Part shown: positions 33,235 through 43,707 of the stretch, in pieces | How the letters are laid out: every line of letters begins with the position of its first letter | How positions within the stretch are numbered: position 1 is the stretch's first letter | Source of the DNA: Planctomycetota bacterium | Lineage (GTDB): Bacteria; Planctomycetota; UBA8108; SXIK01 | Length of the DNA: 64,000 nucleotides | Assembly: GCA_965223845.1 (NCBI GenBank) | Contig: CBDCXR010000004.1 | Location: 2,112,001 to 2,176,000 of the forward strand | Reading direction: 5' to 3' | Translations under genes and position numbers: made by a program | Notes under the pieces: generated by a model | Seen by the model: the letters and a program-made list of their open reading frames with translations, nothing else | The model's database searches: none | What the model was told of the DNA's origin: nothing

Positions 33235-35238
33235 TCAGAGCGACTCGATGAACGCGACGAGATCCCGCAGTTCGTCGTCGCTCAGTCCTTCGGCTTCGCG
33301 ATGAAACTCAGGTACCGCAGTTCCGCGGAAGACATCGCCGATGGACCTCGCGTTCGCGCCGTGAAGGTGACGCGGGACGTCACGGATTCCGCGTAGGGCG
33401 GGAGGATTGAACGTAGGCCGCAACACGTCCGTCGCGAGTGCGGGGTTCGCCGGCCGACGCGAAGTGTAAGTCGGCGGCCGATGGCAGCGCCCGCACCCGA
33501 GGTCGTCGAAGCGCGCGCGGCCTCGCGCGACGGACTCGCCGTTCGCGCTTTCGGCGAGAGCGGGCGATGGAAACCTCAGAGTCTTCAAGTACGCGATGAC
33601 GGCGTCGACTTCATCCCGCGTCGGCGGTGAGTCCGCCGCCATGGTGTGGTGAAGAGATGACTCGACCTTGTCTTCGAGCGTTTCGAAACGTCCCAGCCAA
33701 GACCATGGTCCAGTTTCCGCAACGCCGCGAAGACTCGGAACGCGGAGCGGACGCCACGCGAGGATATCGGGAACGACGAAGCGGTGGCCGTCGCTGCCGC
33801 CGCCGGGATGGCAGCTTTCGCAGCTGTACCAAGCGCCGCGCGAACGACGCGCGTCGAAGTAGATCGTCGCGCCGCGGTGCGCGAGCGTCGGCCGCGGTGG
33901 GGGACCGAGCCGGATCGTGCGGCGCACCTCGCGCCGAATGAGATCGACCTCGACGATCGTGTCGTCGAGGTAGCAAGAGACGAATACGCTCTTCCCGTCC
34001 GGATGGAGGGCAAGCGCCGAAGGACGCCGCCCCACGTCGACCGAGGGAAGCGCCGAGCCGCGAGTGAGCGAAGCCGCGCGCTCGGCCGATGCCGGCTCGA
34101 CGTCCGCGAAGACGAGACGATCCGTGCCACCCGAAGCGACGACGATCGTCCGCGCCGTGTCCGCGTCTTCCGATCCAGCTCGGGTGGTTCCGCGCGGAGA
34201 GTCGACGACGACGAGGTCCGTCGGATCGCCAATCGCGCTCTCCCGTTGGTCGAGTGCGACGATCCAATCGAAGTCTCGCGACTTGGCGCCGGGACCCGGC
34301 GCGTCCCCGAGTCCGGAGAGCGCGACACCGGTAATTCGATTCGCGAGGATCTGCCCCCAGGAGAGCGCCTCTTGCGAGATCGGACACTCTGTCGCCTGGA
34401 CCATGTGCGAGACGGCGACCCAATCCGCGAAGCGAGCCAGTCCAGAGATATTCCGGGCGCCGCGATGCGCGAACGCGAGAACGTGCGACCGAACCGCGCC
34501 GCTCTCGAGGTCGATGACGCCGAGATCCGTTCGACCGGCGACGAGCGCTCGCACGGAACCATCGCGCCGAGCGCCGACATCGTCCACGACGAGCAATCGA
34601 CGCGCACCTTCGACCGCGCGAATTCGGCGGACGAGTCGCATCGCGCGGGCATCGACATCCCACACCTCGCTCGAACCTCGGCAGGCGACGAGCAATCCCT
34701 CGCCGCCGCGCCAGAAAACGACGTCGGCCGGCAGCCGCCCCACGACGAGCGAGCCGCGGTGAACCCAACGATCCTGCGCCGCCTCGAGTAGAGTCACTCG
34801 GTGGGCGAACGACTCCGCTACGGCGACCGTGAAACTCTCGCCCTTCTTCGCAAGCGCCAGTCGTGCGGGTCGTCCGCCGGGAACGAGGGCGATTTCATCC
34901 ACCACGCTTCCCGCCCGTGCGTCGACGAGCGAGACCGTCCCCGACTCCTCGTTAGCGACGGCGAGCCACCGTCCGTCGGGAGAGACGACCACGTCGGCGG
35001 GGTATCGCGGGCGGGCGATCTTGGCTTCAGCGCCCGAACCGGCGCGCGGCGACGACGTCCGCGGGGAATCATCCGGAAGCGCGACCCTCCCCGAAAAAGT
35101 GAGAAGGATGCTCATCGCTGCGATGCAGAGCAGACGGAGAGATCGTGCGCGCGACGGACTCCGTTCCTTGGGGGATTCCTCGCGCTCCGTTCTCGCCAAC
35201 TTGATCGCTCCTCGAGATCGTCGTCGAATCTGGCTCAT
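33235..35238 (-). CDS. YncE/YVTN beta-propeller protein with di-haem cytochrome c (peroxidase-like) C-terminus
   Basis: VSPDGRWLAVANEESGTVSLVD-type propeller repeats; CESCH and CGRCH; PSLRGVAETGPW; start may be further downstream. Confidence 0.82.
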   Translation of the reverse strand: MSQIRRRSRGAIKLARTEREESPKERSPSRARSLRLLCIAAMSILLTFSGRVALPDDSPRTSSPRAGSGAEAKIARPRYPADVVVSPDGRWLAVANEESGTVSLVDARAGSVVDEIALVPGGRPARLALAKKGESFTVAVAESFAHRVTLLEAAQDRWVHRGSLVVGRLPADVVFWRGGEGLLVACRGSSEVWDVDARAMRLVRRIRAVEGARRLLVVDDVGARRDGSVRALVAGRTDLGVIDLESGAVRSHVLAFAHRGARNISGLARFADWVAVSHMVQATECPISQEALSWGQILANRITGVALSGLGDAPGPGAKSRDFDWIVALDQRESAIGDPTDLVVVDSPRGTTRAGSEDADTARTIVVASGGTDRLVFADVEPASAERAASLTRGSALPSVDVGRRPSALALHPDGKSVFVSCYLDDTIVEVDLIRREVRRTIRLGPPPRPTLAHRGATIYFDARRSRGAWYSCESCHPGGGSDGHRFVVPDILAWRPLRVPSLRGVAETGPWSWLGRFETLEDKVESSLHHTMAADSPPTRDEVDAVIAYLKTLRFPSPALAESANGESVARGRARFDDLGCGRCHRPPTYTSRRPANPALATDVLRPTFNPPALRGIRDVPRHLHGANARSIGDVFRGTAVPEFHREAEGLSDDELRDLVAFIESL

Positions 35239-35453
35239 CGCCGATCGATTCTCACCGCGAGAACGGAACGGCGCGATTCCTTCGTCCGACTGAGTTTACT
35301 CGGCGCGGGGCGGCAGTGTAGATGTTAGTGACCGTTTCCGAGCTGACTCTGACGGTGGCGATGGCCTCCGGCCGGGCACCGAATGCCCGCCGGAGTCTCA
35401 GGCGCGGCCGGGCTCTCTCGGCTCGAGCAGTTCCCTCTCCCGAAAGGACTCCC

Positions 35454-36593
35454 ATGACGAAGCAAATGACGGCCGCCGTGCTGGCCTCTTTCATCGCGCT
35501 CACCGCGCCCTCCTGCGAACTCGTGCGCGAGCTCACGTCGTCCTCGAACATCGATGTCGACGACTTCGGCAAGCTCGAGGATGGCACCGAGATCAAGATC
35601 TATACGGTCACGAACAAGAACGGCGTCCGCGCCAAGCTTACGACCTACGGCGCGATACTGACGGAGCTCCACGTTCCCGATCGCGAAGGCAAGCTCGCCG
35701 ACGTCGTTCTCGGCTTCGACACGCTCGAGGGGTATCTCGCCGGGCACCCGTTTTTCGGGGCGACCACCGGCCGCGTTGCCAATCGCATCGCGAAGGGGAA
35801 GTTCACGCTCAACGGGACGGACTACCAACTCGCCGTCAACAACGGCCCGAACCATCTTCACGGTGGCAACGTCGGACTCGACAAGCGCGTCTGGGAGTCC
35901 GAGCCCTGGACCGGGAACGCGGAACGCGGCGTCCTATTCTCGTACGTGAGTCCCGACAAGGAAGAGAACTACCCGGGGACCCTGACCATCGCGGTCAAGT
36001 ACGTCCTCACCGACGAGGACGAACTTCGCATCGAGTACACCGCAACGACCGACAAGGCGACGCCCGTCAACCTCACTCACCACTCGTACTTCAACCTGGC
36101 GGGAGCGGGCGCCGAGACGGTTCTCGATCACGAGCTGAAGATCGTCGCCGAGAACTACACGCCCGTCGACGACACGCTCATTCCGACCGGGGCAATCGCG
36201 CCGGTCGAGGGGACGCCGCTCGATTTCCGTACGGCGAAAGTCGTCGGAGCGCGCATCGCTGAGCTCGACGGGCCGACGAACGGCTACGACCACAACTTCG
36301 TGCTCGACAATCAGAACGGCGACCTCGCGCTCGCGGCGGTTCTCCGCGACCCTGCGAGTGGACGCACGATGGAGCTGTGGACCACGGAACCGGGGCTCCA
36401 GCTCTACACGGGGAACTTTCTCGACGGCTCGAACGTCGGGAAAGGCGAGAATCCGTACCCGCACCGGTCGGCGCTCTGCCTCGAGGCCCAGCACTACCCG
36501 GATTCAGTCAATCGCCCGGAGTTCCCGTCGACGATTCTGAAGCCCGGGGAAACCTACACGCAGACGACGGTGCATAGATTCATCGCGGAGTGA
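35454..36593 (+). CDS. galM: Aldose 1-epimerase (galactose mutarotase), probable lipoprotein
   Basis: GRVANRI, NHLHGG, VNLTHHSYFNL, GYDHNF, QLYTGNFL, CLEAQHYPDS; N-terminal LTAPSC. Confidence 0.93.
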   Translation: MTKQMTAAVLASFIALTAPSCELVRELTSSSNIDVDDFGKLEDGTEIKIYTVTNKNGVRAKLTTYGAILTELHVPDREGKLADVVLGFDTLEGYLAGHPFFGATTGRVANRIAKGKFTLNGTDYQLAVNNGPNHLHGGNVGLDKRVWESEPWTGNAERGVLFSYVSPDKEENYPGTLTIAVKYVLTDEDELRIEYTATTDKATPVNLTHHSYFNLAGAGAETVLDHELKIVAENYTPVDDTLIPTGAIAPVEGTPLDFRTAKVVGARIAELDGPTNGYDHNFVLDNQNGDLALAAVLRDPASGRTMELWTTEPGLQLYTGNFLDGSNVGKGENPYPHRSALCLEAQHYPDSVNRPEFPSTILKPGETYTQTTVHRFIAE

Positions 36594-36796
36594 TGGGTCC
36601 GGACGTGAGTCCTCCGGCCGGTACACGAGAGGGAGATTGTTCGGTCGAATCGACCCGAAGCTCGCGGAGGACGGGCGACTCTTTAGCGTCATAGAGCCAC
36701 GATGTCACGTACGATGCGGAGATCCTGTAGTTCGACATGAGCGAGCCTTCGGCTCGTATGCACCTGAAACGACGCGCCGCCTGGTCCGGAGGTGTC

Positions 36797-38268
36797 CGGT
36801 GAACAGAACCGAGAATCGAGCGGACTCTCGCGCTGATTTCAGAAGGAACTCTGCGCCGAGCAGAACTCACGGCCTGGGGTGGCGCCGCGGCTGGGTGCTG
36901 CAGTTCTTGTGCTCGTTCCTTTTCGCTCTCGATGTCCCTTCACTCTTCGCTCAGGGCGACGGTCCGGATTTCACGCGGCCCACGGCCGTCGCGGCCGAGT
37001 CATCGGGGGATACCGCAGGCTCGCTCGTCGTGATCGACGGTAAGAGTCTCATCCGAGTCGACCCGCGCTCCGGCGATCGGACGATTCTCTCGGGCTTAGA
37101 CCCCGAGGAATTGGATCTCGTCGGCGAGGGTCCGGAATTGCGAACCCCCACGGCGATCGCCGTCGAGCCAGCGGGTGAAACCGCGGGCCAGCTCGTCATC
37201 GCCGGCAACCGCGTCCTTCGTGTGGACCCCGCCTCGGGCGACCGCACGGTTGTTTCGAACCGCACCGGGATCAACGCGATCGCGGTCGAGACGTCGGGTA
37301 GAACCGCGGGCCAGCTCGTCGGCGTCCAGACGGACTGGGAGAATCTCGTTCGTTTGGACCCTCAGACCGGCGAAATCTCGATTCTCTCTGGATTCGACCC
37401 CGATCAGGAGCGCGTAGTCGGAGACGGACCGGGTCTTGATCCCACTTCCGGTTTTAACAACGATCTCGGCTACGATACCAGCGAGTGGAGGACCGTGGCG
37501 ATCGCGGTCGAAACCGCCGGCGAGACCGCCGGTCAGCTCGTCGTCGTTGAGCATAGCCTCAATCAGGCCGCTGCTCCGAGCGTGCTTCTTCGAGTCGACC
37601 CGGAGACGGGTGACCGCGCGATTCTCTCTGGATACGCGAGAGAACTCATCGGCGAAGGAACGGACTTTGACAAGCCCGTGGCGATCGCGGTCGAGGCATC
37701 CGGGAATCTCGTCGTCGTCAATCAATCGAACGGTCGACGCCCAGCTTTCCTTCTTCGCGTGAACCCATCGACGGGGAACCGGACGCTTCTTTCCGGTGAG
37801 GTGAGAGGAGGAGAGACAGCAGGCGAGGGGCCGGAATTCGACGAGCCCGTGGCGGTTGCGGTCGAGACCACCGGCGAGACGGCGGGGCATCTCGTCGTCG
37901 TCAACCGCGGGTCGAAACGCCTCCTCAGTGTCGATCCGATGACGGGCGATCGGACCGCGCTCAGCTCCGCCACCGCCTCGCTGCCCATTTTTCTTCGCGG
38001 GGACTGTAACGGCGACCGCCGGCTCAATCTCGCCGATCCGATTTTTCATCTTCTGTTTAACTTTGTCGGCAACGTGGAGTTGATCTGCCGCGCGGCGTGC
38101 GACGCCAACGGAGACGCGGAGCTCGGAGGGAGCTCGGATGCGCTCTATCTGCTCAACTTTCTCTTTCGCGGCGGCCCCGCTCCGCCCACGCCGTTTCCTC
38201 GTTGCGGGAGGAGCTCGGACGCCGCGGACGCGACGCTCGGCTGCGAGATCGAGCGTTTGTGCCCGTAG
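36797..38268 (+). CDS. Secreted beta-propeller repeat protein with dockerin-like tail
   Basis: About six repeats of GEGP.F..P.AIAVE..G.TAGQLVV...LLRVDP.TGDR..LSG; FLRGDCNGD...CDANGD C-terminus; start uncertain (ORF opens at 36637). Confidence 0.78.
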
Positions 38269-38270
38269 AG

Positions 38271-38350
38271 GATCGGAGTTGCGTCCGACGGCCGACGATA
38301 GCCCGCTCAGAGAGGACGATAGCCCGCCCAGAGAGGACGGCGCTCCGATC
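38271..38350. repeat. Inverted repeat enclosing a 21-bp tandem duplication
   Basis: GATCGGAG...CGTCC / GGACG...CTCCGATC arms; GACGATAGCCCGC(T/C)CAGAGAG twice at 38294-38335. Confidence 0.7.
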
Positions 38351-38462
38351 GGACGAATCCAGGTTCTTTGCTCGGGCTCCCGGAGATCGTTCGGCTACCA
38401 TGAGAGCCTCGAGCCGGAAGAACCGGCCAACGATTTCTACTCCATTCGACACGGTGGATCTC

Positions 38463-39347
38463 ATGCGAGCTTCGATCCTCATCGCGCCCCTCCTCCTCAC
38501 CGCCTTCAGCTCCCTCGCAGCGGACGAGTCCGCTCGGAAGTCTTCGGCCGCGGCGAAGGACGCGAACACGCCCCCGCTCAAGGCTCTCCTCATCACCGGC
38601 GGCTGCTGCCACGACTACAAGAACCAGATCAAGATCCTCACCGAGTCCCTGAGCGCGCGAGTCCGCGTCGAGTGGAAAGTCGTCCACGGACCAAACGAGC
38701 GGAAGAAGCTACTCGACGTCTACGCGAAAGATGACTGGGCGAAGGGCTTCGACGTCATCGTTCACAACGAGTGCTACGGAGCGGTGGACGACATCGAGTA
38801 CGTCGAGCGCATCGCTCGCGCGCACTTCGAAGGGACGGCGGGCGTCGCGATCCACTGCTCGATGCACAGCTACCGCGCCGCGGCCACCGACGAGTGGCGG
38901 AAGTGCCTCGGCGTGACGTCACGCCGGCACGAGCGCCACCGTCCCGTCGAGGTGAAGCGGGTGGCGAAGAAGCACCCCGTCCTCCGCGGATTCCCGGACA
39001 CGTGGAAGACACCCAAGGGCGAGCTCTACATGATCGAGAAGGTCTGGCCCGAAGCCGAAGTCCTCTGCACTGCGTGGGGCGCCGACACGAAGAAGGATCA
39101 CCCCGTCGTCTGGACGAACACGTACGGCGCCGGACGCATGTTCGTCACGACGCTCGGCCACCATAACGAAACGATGTCGGAGAAGGTGTACCTCGATCTG
39201 GTCGCGCGCGGGCTCCTCTGGGCCTGCGACAAGCTCGACAAGAACGGAAACCCGCTCAAGGAGTACGTGGCGAAACCGGCGGGCGGCAAGAGCGGCTCCG
39301 CCGGAGAGAAACCCGCAGGAACGAAGCCCGAGAAGGACGAGTCATGA
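38463..39347 (+). CDS. ThuA (trehalose utilisation-like) domain protein, secreted
   Basis: LITGGCCHDY, VHNEC, IHCSMHSYR, GELY, FVTTLGHHNETM. Confidence 0.85.
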   Translation: MRASILIAPLLLTAFSSLAADESARKSSAAAKDANTPPLKALLITGGCCHDYKNQIKILTESLSARVRVEWKVVHGPNERKKLLDVYAKDDWAKGFDVIVHNECYGAVDDIEYVERIARAHFEGTAGVAIHCSMHSYRAAATDEWRKCLGVTSRRHERHRPVEVKRVAKKHPVLRGFPDTWKTPKGELYMIEKVWPEAEVLCTAWGADTKKDHPVVWTNTYGAGRMFVTTLGHHNETMSEKVYLDLVARGLLWACDKLDKNGNPLKEYVAKPAGGKSGSAGEKPAGTKPEKDES

Positions 39348-40702
39348 GCGAGATCAACCGCCGACACTTCCTCGCGCGATCCACGCGAACGATCGTGGGC
39401 CTCGGTGCTGCAGCGGCGACCGGTCCGGGCCTCGCGCGCGCGACCTCCGCGTCCGACAAGGTACGTCTCGCGGCGATCGGAATCGGCGGGCGCTGCTCAT
39501 CGCTCATCCGCGGTTTCCTCGAGCGCTCCGATGTCGAGATCGTGAGTCTTTGCGACGTGTATCCGGCGCGCGACACCGTCCAATCGATGGCGAAATACGT
39601 CGAGGACAAGCAGAGCCGTCGCCCGGAGGTCGTTCAAGAATTTCGCCGCGTGTTAGACAGTCAAGACGTCGACGCCGTCATCGTCGGCACCCCGGACCAC
39701 TGGCACGCGCCGATGTCGATCTTCGCCTGCCAAGCCGAGAAGGACGTCTACGTCGAGAAACCGCCGTCCCACAACATTTGGGAAGGGCGAAAGATGGTCG
39801 AGGCGGCGCGACGCTACAACCGCGTCGTCCAAGTCGGCACGCAGAATCGTAGCGCGCCCTACGTTCAGGCTGCGGCGGAGATGATCGCCGCGGGTGAGAT
39901 CGGAACGATCCATCTCTGCAAGGTCTTCAACATGAAGCCGGGCGGACCGTACCGGAAGACTCCCGACGGGAAGCCGCGGGCGGGAATGGACTACGCCACT
40001 TGGCTCGGCCCGGTGAGTCCGCGACCCTACAACGACCGAATCGTCTACGGCGGCGGCTGGCACCAGTACTGGGACTTCTCGGGCGGCGACATGGCGGACG
40101 ACGGCGTTCACCAGCTCGACATCGCGCGCTGGCTCATCGGGCGCGACGTCCCGCACGCCGTCCATGCGACAGGGGGCAACTTTGCGTTCGACGACGATCG
40201 CGAGACACCGGACCTTCAAGTCGTATCGTTCGACTTCGATGATCTCGTCATGACGTTCGAGCTCACGCAGTACCTCCCGTACATGAAGAAGACGAACGGA
40301 CAGATCCGCTTCGGCAAGGCGTTCCCGCACTGGCCGCAGAACGCGACGCGCATCGAGCTCTACGGCACGAAGAATCTGATGGTCCTCGGTCGCCACGGCG
40401 GTGGGTGGCAGGTCTTCACCGGCGACGGGAAGGTGGTGAAGCAGCAGTACGGGAGTTTCCCGGATGACGTCCACAAGGAAGACTTCATCCGCGCCATCCG
40501 GAGTCGCGAGCGCCCGAGCGCCGACGTTGAAGAAGGACACCGGAGTGCGATGCTCGTTCACCTCGGGAACATCGCGTACCGCGTGGGACGGCGGAAGCTG
40601 GCCTTCGACAAGAAAGCCGAGCGATTCGTGGGTGACGACGATGCCAACCGCCTCGTCCGGCGTGACCACCGCGGGCCCTTCTCCGTTCCGGACACGGTCT
40701 GA
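39344..40702 (+). CDS. Gfo/Idh/MocA family oxidoreductase (Tat)
   Basis: NRRHFL, IGIGGR, TPDHWH, DVYVEKP, QVGTQNRS, DDGVHQLD. Confidence 0.92.
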   Translation: MSEINRRHFLARSTRTIVGLGAAAATGPGLARATSASDKVRLAAIGIGGRCSSLIRGFLERSDVEIVSLCDVYPARDTVQSMAKYVEDKQSRRPEVVQEFRRVLDSQDVDAVIVGTPDHWHAPMSIFACQAEKDVYVEKPPSHNIWEGRKMVEAARRYNRVVQVGTQNRSAPYVQAAAEMIAAGEIGTIHLCKVFNMKPGGPYRKTPDGKPRAGMDYATWLGPVSPRPYNDRIVYGGGWHQYWDFSGGDMADDGVHQLDIARWLIGRDVPHAVHATGGNFAFDDDRETPDLQVVSFDFDDLVMTFELTQYLPYMKKTNGQIRFGKAFPHWPQNATRIELYGTKNLMVLGRHGGGWQVFTGDGKVVKQQYGSFPDDVHKEDFIRAIRSRERPSADVEEGHRSAMLVHLGNIAYRVGRRKLAFDKKAERFVGDDDANRLVRRDHRGPFSVPDTV

Positions 40703-40961
40703 GCTTGCGCTCGGCGCCGCGGCGAGCCCCACACGACCGCGGTGTCCCGGAGGGGATCTCGGGGTTGTTCGGTACGGCTCCTCGTCGGCGCGCGCGAGCG
40801 GGGAATCCCGTATGGAAATGGCTCGATCGCTCGCGTATCGTGGGGGAGCGTGAGGATGGAAGGGTTTCGCGGACCACGTGCTCGCCACCGGCGAGCCGAG
40901 ACGCTGTCCGCCCACACCGAGTCACGAATTGCCTGTCCTAGGAAATGGAGAAACGAGCGCA

Positions 40962-42287
40962 ATGAAACGGCAAACCAGTCGTCGCGATTTCCTTCGCACC
41001 TCCGCCGCCGCGGGGCTCGCTGGGGTCGGTTACTGGACCTCGAGCTCGAGCGTCGTCGCCGCGAGCAAGTCGCCGAACGAGAAGCTCAACATCGGCTGTA
41101 TCGGTGTCGGTGGGAAGGGCTACAGCGACATGCGCGGCGTGAGCAGCGAGAACATCGTCGCGATCTGCGATGTCGATGAAGCGAACGCAAGCCGCGCGTT
41201 CTCCGAGATGACGAAGGCGAACAAGTACCACGACTACCGCCGCCTCATCGACATGGAGAAGACGCTCGACGCGGTCGTCGTCTCGACACCGGATCACCAT
41301 CACGCGCCGGCGAGCCTGCGCGCGATGCGCCGCGGGCTCGGCGTCTACTGTCAGAAGCCGCTCACGTACTCGGTCTACGAAGCGCGCCTCATGCGCGACA
41401 CGGCGCGGCAGATGAAGGTCGCGACGCAGATGGGAAACCAGGGGACGTCGACCAAGGGACTCCGCGAGGGCGTCGAGGTCGTTCAGTCCGGCGGGATCGG
41501 CGAAGTCAAGGAAGTGCACGTCTGGACCAACCGTCCGGTGTGGCCGCAAGGCATCAAGACCGCACGGCCGTCGTCGCAGAAGATTCCTTCGACGATGAAG
41601 TGGGACCTCTGGCTCGGCCCGGCGCGCGAGCGACTCTTTAACGAGGCGTACTGCCCGTTCAAATGGCGCGGCTGGCTCGACTTCGGAACGGGCGCACTCG
41701 GTGACATGGCGTGCCACACCGCGAATCTGCCGTTCATGGCGCTCAAGCTCGAGCATCCGACGCGCGTCGAGTGCCTCGAGAACGAAGGGAAGAACGCCGA
41801 GACGTTCCCTGATCGCTCGAAGATCAAGTTCGACTTCCCCGCGCGCGGTGGTCTGCCCGCCCTCGAGTTCTTCTGGTACGACGGCGGCGCGATGCCGTCG
41901 AAAGAGCTCACCTCGAAGCTCGGCGAGGTCGCGACGAGTGGTTGCCTCCTCATCGGAAGCGAAGGCTGGCTCTACTCGCCGAACGACTACGGCGCTCAGT
42001 ACGTCCTCTTCCCGCGCGACAAGTTCGCGGAGTACAAGGAGCCGGAGCCCTGGCTCCCGCGCTCGAAGGGCCACTACCGCGAGTGGATCGACGCGCTGAA
42101 GGGCGGTGCACCGGCGATGTCGAACTTCGACTACGCGGCGCTCCTCACCGAGACGATCCTTCTCGGGAACGTCGCCCTGCGCGCCGGTCACGCGATCGAG
42201 TGGGACGGTCCGCGCATGCGCGTCAAGAACTCGCCGTACGCCGACCAGTTCGTATCGCGCGAGTACCGTAAGGGCTGGGAGGTCTGA
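40962..42287 (+). CDS. Gfo/Idh/MocA family oxidoreductase (Tat)
   Basis: SRRDFL, IGVGGKG, TPDHHH, YCQKPL, QMGNQG, GDMACH. Confidence 0.92.
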   Translation: MKRQTSRRDFLRTSAAAGLAGVGYWTSSSSVVAASKSPNEKLNIGCIGVGGKGYSDMRGVSSENIVAICDVDEANASRAFSEMTKANKYHDYRRLIDMEKTLDAVVVSTPDHHHAPASLRAMRRGLGVYCQKPLTYSVYEARLMRDTARQMKVATQMGNQGTSTKGLREGVEVVQSGGIGEVKEVHVWTNRPVWPQGIKTARPSSQKIPSTMKWDLWLGPARERLFNEAYCPFKWRGWLDFGTGALGDMACHTANLPFMALKLEHPTRVECLENEGKNAETFPDRSKIKFDFPARGGLPALEFFWYDGGAMPSKELTSKLGEVATSGCLLIGSEGWLYSPNDYGAQYVLFPRDKFAEYKEPEPWLPRSKGHYREWIDALKGGAPAMSNFDYAALLTETILLGNVALRAGHAIEWDGPRMRVKNSPYADQFVSREYRKGWEV

Positions 42288-42346
42288 TCGCCGCGACGAG
42301 CGCGGCGCGCGCCCTCTGACGGGCAGCGCGTTCAGACCGCGAAGCG

Positions 42347-42387
42347 AAATGAGAGCGGGCCGCTCGCCGAGCGGCCCGCTCTCATTT
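42347..42387. terminator. Probable bidirectional intrinsic terminator
   Basis: 19-bp perfect stem AAATGAGAGCGGGCCGCTC / GAGCGGCCCGCTCTCATTT between convergent genes. Confidence 0.8.
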
Positions 42388-42407
42388 TCGTAGCGCGAAG
42401 GATGGTC

Positions 42408-43523
42408 TCAGTCGTCGGACGATTCGCCCGCGGCGACCGCCTGAGACTCGACGGCCTCGCTCTCACCGGAGTTGGTGACGTTGTCGGCGACTTCGGCGAT
42501 CGAGGAGAACTCCTTCCAGTAGTCCTCCGGCATGTCGAGCGCGATCTTGAGCGCACCGTTCGAGCCGGCGTACTGAGGTTCCTCGACGGTCGTGACCCGG
42601 CCGCCCCCGTACTCGTCGAGCGCCTCTTCGATCGCGCGGCCGAGGCCGCGAATCTGCGAGCCACCGCCTCCGAGGAGGACGTTGTTGCGCATCTTCGCCT
42701 GGAATTCGGGATCGTAGGTCGCGATGAGATCCTGGAGCGAGGCGACCGTCGGCGGAACGATCGAGTAACAAGCCTCGTAGACGAGATCGGTGATCTCGAA
42801 CTCCTGCGGCTTACCGGCGACGGGCATCGTCACCATGGCGCGATCCATGTTGCGACTGACACTCGCATGCCGCTCCTTGAAGCCGCGCACCATGTTGATC
42901 GAGAACTGCGCCTCGGAGTGGTTCTGGCGAATGAGCTCGCAGAGCTTTTCGTCGACCGCGTCACCGGCGACTTCGTGAGTCCGCTGATCTTCGGGGCCGG
43001 GCATGGTTCCGTGGACTCGACAGAGGTCCGTCGTACCGGCACCGAGGTCGACGACGAGCGTGTCGTCGAGAAAGTCGAGGCCGTACGCGACGGCGAACGG
43101 CTCGGAGCAGATGATGACGCTGTCGGTCGAATTGGACGCGGCCTCGAGAATCGCGGACTTTCCTTCGACGCTCGCCTCGGCCGGAGCGCCGATGACGGCG
43201 TAGACCGTCGCGCCCGACGGTGCCTGAGCGAGGCTGACGGCGTACTCGACGAGATCGCGGAGAGCGCGGCGGCGCTCGTCGGAATCCTGCGCGCCCTTCA
43301 CCTTGATCGACCCGCCGGCGAGCGGACGATGCAGGTTGAGCGACATCCGGTTCTCGACGGCTTCCTTGCCGTAGATGACTTCGCGGCCGCCGAACTTCTT
43401 CCGTGCGACGTGATCCTTCGGATATCCGACGTACGACCAGACCGTTTCCCGGATTCCGGTCGACGCGGTGACGGAAGTGCGACTCGTCCCGAGGTCGATC
43501 CCCAGGTAAACGGTCTCAGACAT
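42408..43523 (-). CDS. mamK: MamK/Mad28-family actin-like ATPase
   Basis: LGIDLGTS, VGYPKD, AVIGAPA, SEPFAVAYGL, VDLGAGTTDLC, GTMPGPEDQ, AGKP, DPEFQ, GGGSQIRGL, GALKIALDMPEDYW match MamK as recalled, not MreB; strong GAGGAGG RBS. Orthology to magnetosome MamK is not established. Confidence 0.85.
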   Translation of the reverse strand: MSETVYLGIDLGTSRTSVTASTGIRETVWSYVGYPKDHVARKKFGGREVIYGKEAVENRMSLNLHRPLAGGSIKVKGAQDSDERRRALRDLVEYAVSLAQAPSGATVYAVIGAPAEASVEGKSAILEAASNSTDSVIICSEPFAVAYGLDFLDDTLVVDLGAGTTDLCRVHGTMPGPEDQRTHEVAGDAVDEKLCELIRQNHSEAQFSINMVRGFKERHASVSRNMDRAMVTMPVAGKPQEFEITDLVYEACYSIVPPTVASLQDLIATYDPEFQAKMRNNVLLGGGGSQIRGLGRAIEEALDEYGGGRVTTVEEPQYAGSNGALKIALDMPEDYWKEFSSIAEVADNVTNSGESEAVESQAVAAGESSDD

Positions 43524-43707
43524 GAATCCTCCTCCTCTGAAGGTTTCTCAGCATCCCGATCGTGTTCGGGTCGGATTACGCGTAGGTGTGGTTCGATCTC
43601 TTCGGAACCGGCGATCGGGTGCCACTCAAGGATGACATCGTTTTTCGAGCTGTCCCACCCGAGCCGCAATCGGTCGGATTTTCGGAATTCGCTGCCCCGA
43701 CGATGAG

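Noticed and set aside
43524-43707. Small gene between the coiled-coil gene and the actin (ORF 43298-43669)
   Set aside because: Overlaps the actin gene out of frame by over 200 bp and has no RBS or motif; more likely leader or promoter sequence
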